This document shows, piece by piece, positions 62,409 to 64,000 of a DNA stretch of 64,000 nt. The notes below the pieces were generated by a model. It was not told the DNA's origin. It ran no database searches and was given only the letters and a program-made list of their open reading frames with translations. The stretch lies in NCBI RefSeq assembly GCF_009914755.1, contig NC_060937.1; one strand, written 5' to 3'. The translations under genes were made by a program, and so were the position numbers. Numbering within the stretch: position 1 is the stretch's first letter; every line of letters starts with the position of its first letter. The DNA comes from the human T2T-CHM13v2.0 reference genome, Homo sapiens.

Positions 62409-63390
62409 ATTTTTTTTTTCGAGAAACCTCCATAGTGTTCTCCATAGTGGCTTTATTTATTTCCTTTCCAACTGACATCGTATAAGAGTTCATCTCTCTA
62501 TGTATTTTTGCCAGCATTCACGATTGCCTGTCTTTTGCATAAAAGCCATTTAAACTGCAGTGACATGACATTTCATGGTAGTTTTTATTTGCATTTCTAT
62601 GATGATCAACAATGTTGAGTATTTTTTATATACCTGTTAGCCATTTGTATGTCTTCTTTTGAGAAATGTCAATTCAGATCTTTTGCCCATTTTTCAAACA
62701 TATTATTTTTTCCTTTTGAGATGTTTGTGCTCTTTATATTGAGTTGTTTGAGCTCATTTTAACTATTCATCCCCTGTCAGATGGATAGTTTCCAAATGTT
62801 TTTTTCCTCATTGCATGGGTATTCTCTTAACTTTATTGGTTGTTTTCTTTGCTGTGCCAAATCTTTTTAGCTTGGTATGATTCCTTTTTCCATTTTTGGT
62901 TTGGCTTCAAGTGCTTTTGAGGTCTTAATCAAGAAATCTTGGCCAAGATCAATGTCTTGTAGTGTTTCCCAATATTTTCTTCTAATATAATTTCATAGTT
63001 TTAGGTCTTAGATTTAAGTCTTTAATACATTTTGACTTGAGTTTTGCATATGGTGAGAGATAAGGGTCTAGTTTCATTCTTCTGCATGTGGATATCCAAT
63101 TTTCCCAGCAGCATTTATTGAAGAGATTGTCCTTTCCTCAGAATATGCTGTAGACTTTGTTGAATATGAGTTGACAGTAAATGAGTAAATTTATTTCTGG
63201 GTTCTCTATTGTGTTCCATTGTTCTATGTGTCTAACATTATGCCAGTACCATGCTATTTTGGTTACTAGAGCATTGTAGTACAATTTGAAGTCAGGCAAT
63301 GTGATGCCTCCAGCTTTGTTCTTTTTGGTCTGGATGGCTTCAGATATTGTGTGTCTTTGGTAGTTCTATATAAATTTTAGGGTTAGTTTT
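62409..63390 (-). mobile_element. L1 ORF2 fragment (L1PB/L1MA-like)
   Basis: gagaaacctccatagtgttctccatagtgg...gagaaatgtcaattcagatc...tgaagtcaggcaatgtgatgcctccagctttgttc. Confidence 0.9.
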
Positions 63391-63425
63391 AAACTGAATG
63401 TCTTCCTGACTTGGTTTCCTGCTGA

Positions 63426-63781
63426 TATACTATGCAGCCATAAAAAAAGGATAAGTTCATGTCCTTTGCAGGGACTTGGATGAAGCTGGAAACCATCATT
63501 CTCAGCAAACTATCACAAGAACAGAAAACCAAACACCACGTATTCTCACTTGTAAGTGGGAGTTGAACAATGAGAATACATGGGCATAGGGAAGGGAATA
63601 TCACACACTGGGGCCTGTCAGGGGGTGAGGGGCTAGGGGAGAAATAACATTAGGAGAAATATTCAATGTAGGTGACGGGTTGATGGGTGTAGCAAAGCAC
63701 CATGGCACGTGTATACCTATGTAACAAAACTTCTCATTCTGCACATGTACCCCAGAACCTAAAGTATAATTTTTAAAAAAA
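63426..63781 (+). mobile_element. 5'-truncated L1PA7-like 3' end
   Basis: tactatgcagccataaaaaaagg...ggggctaggggag..taacattaggagaaat...cagaacctaaagtataat. Confidence 0.92.
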
Positions 63782-64000
63782 TTCTATACAACAAAGAGAA
63801 CATTTAAAAGTTCATCCAATTTTCTTCACAGTGTAAAGCACATAATGTCCTTTGATGTGTGGAAGTCAGAGAATACAACATCTATGAGATTTTTTCTAAA
63901 TAATAAAACAATAAAACAAACTTTTAATTCAACAAGGATGAGAATTCTTAAAAAATCTGAGAAGTAGGAAAACATGATAAAATTCTATCTTTTTATATAA

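Overview
AT-rich, CpG-poor primate genomic DNA (human or another simian, judged from Alu, L1PA, THE1 and LTR28-type elements). It looks like intergenic or deep-intronic sequence. I find no credible protein-coding exon, RNA gene or CRISPR array. The listed ORFs are either remnants of L1, Alu, Tigger and LTR elements or short chance frames. The window is a mosaic of Alu/FAM/MIR SINEs, L1 and L2 LINEs, MaLR/ERV1/ERVL LTRs, a near-full Tigger2, a MER3 and microsatellites. Subfamily names were recalled from consensus sequences by eye and need RepeatMasker/Dfam confirmation. I see no new biological system. The notable signals are mechanistic footprints: two L1 3' transductions (one has only ~23 nt of L1 carrying ~93 nt of foreign flank with its own AATAAA), a twin-priming inversion, an ancient ~260-300 bp local duplication inserted into an L2, templated micro-duplications, a micro-inversion, a spacer-less inverted Alu pair, and a few non-repeat islands with hairpins or clustered motifs that may be regulatory.
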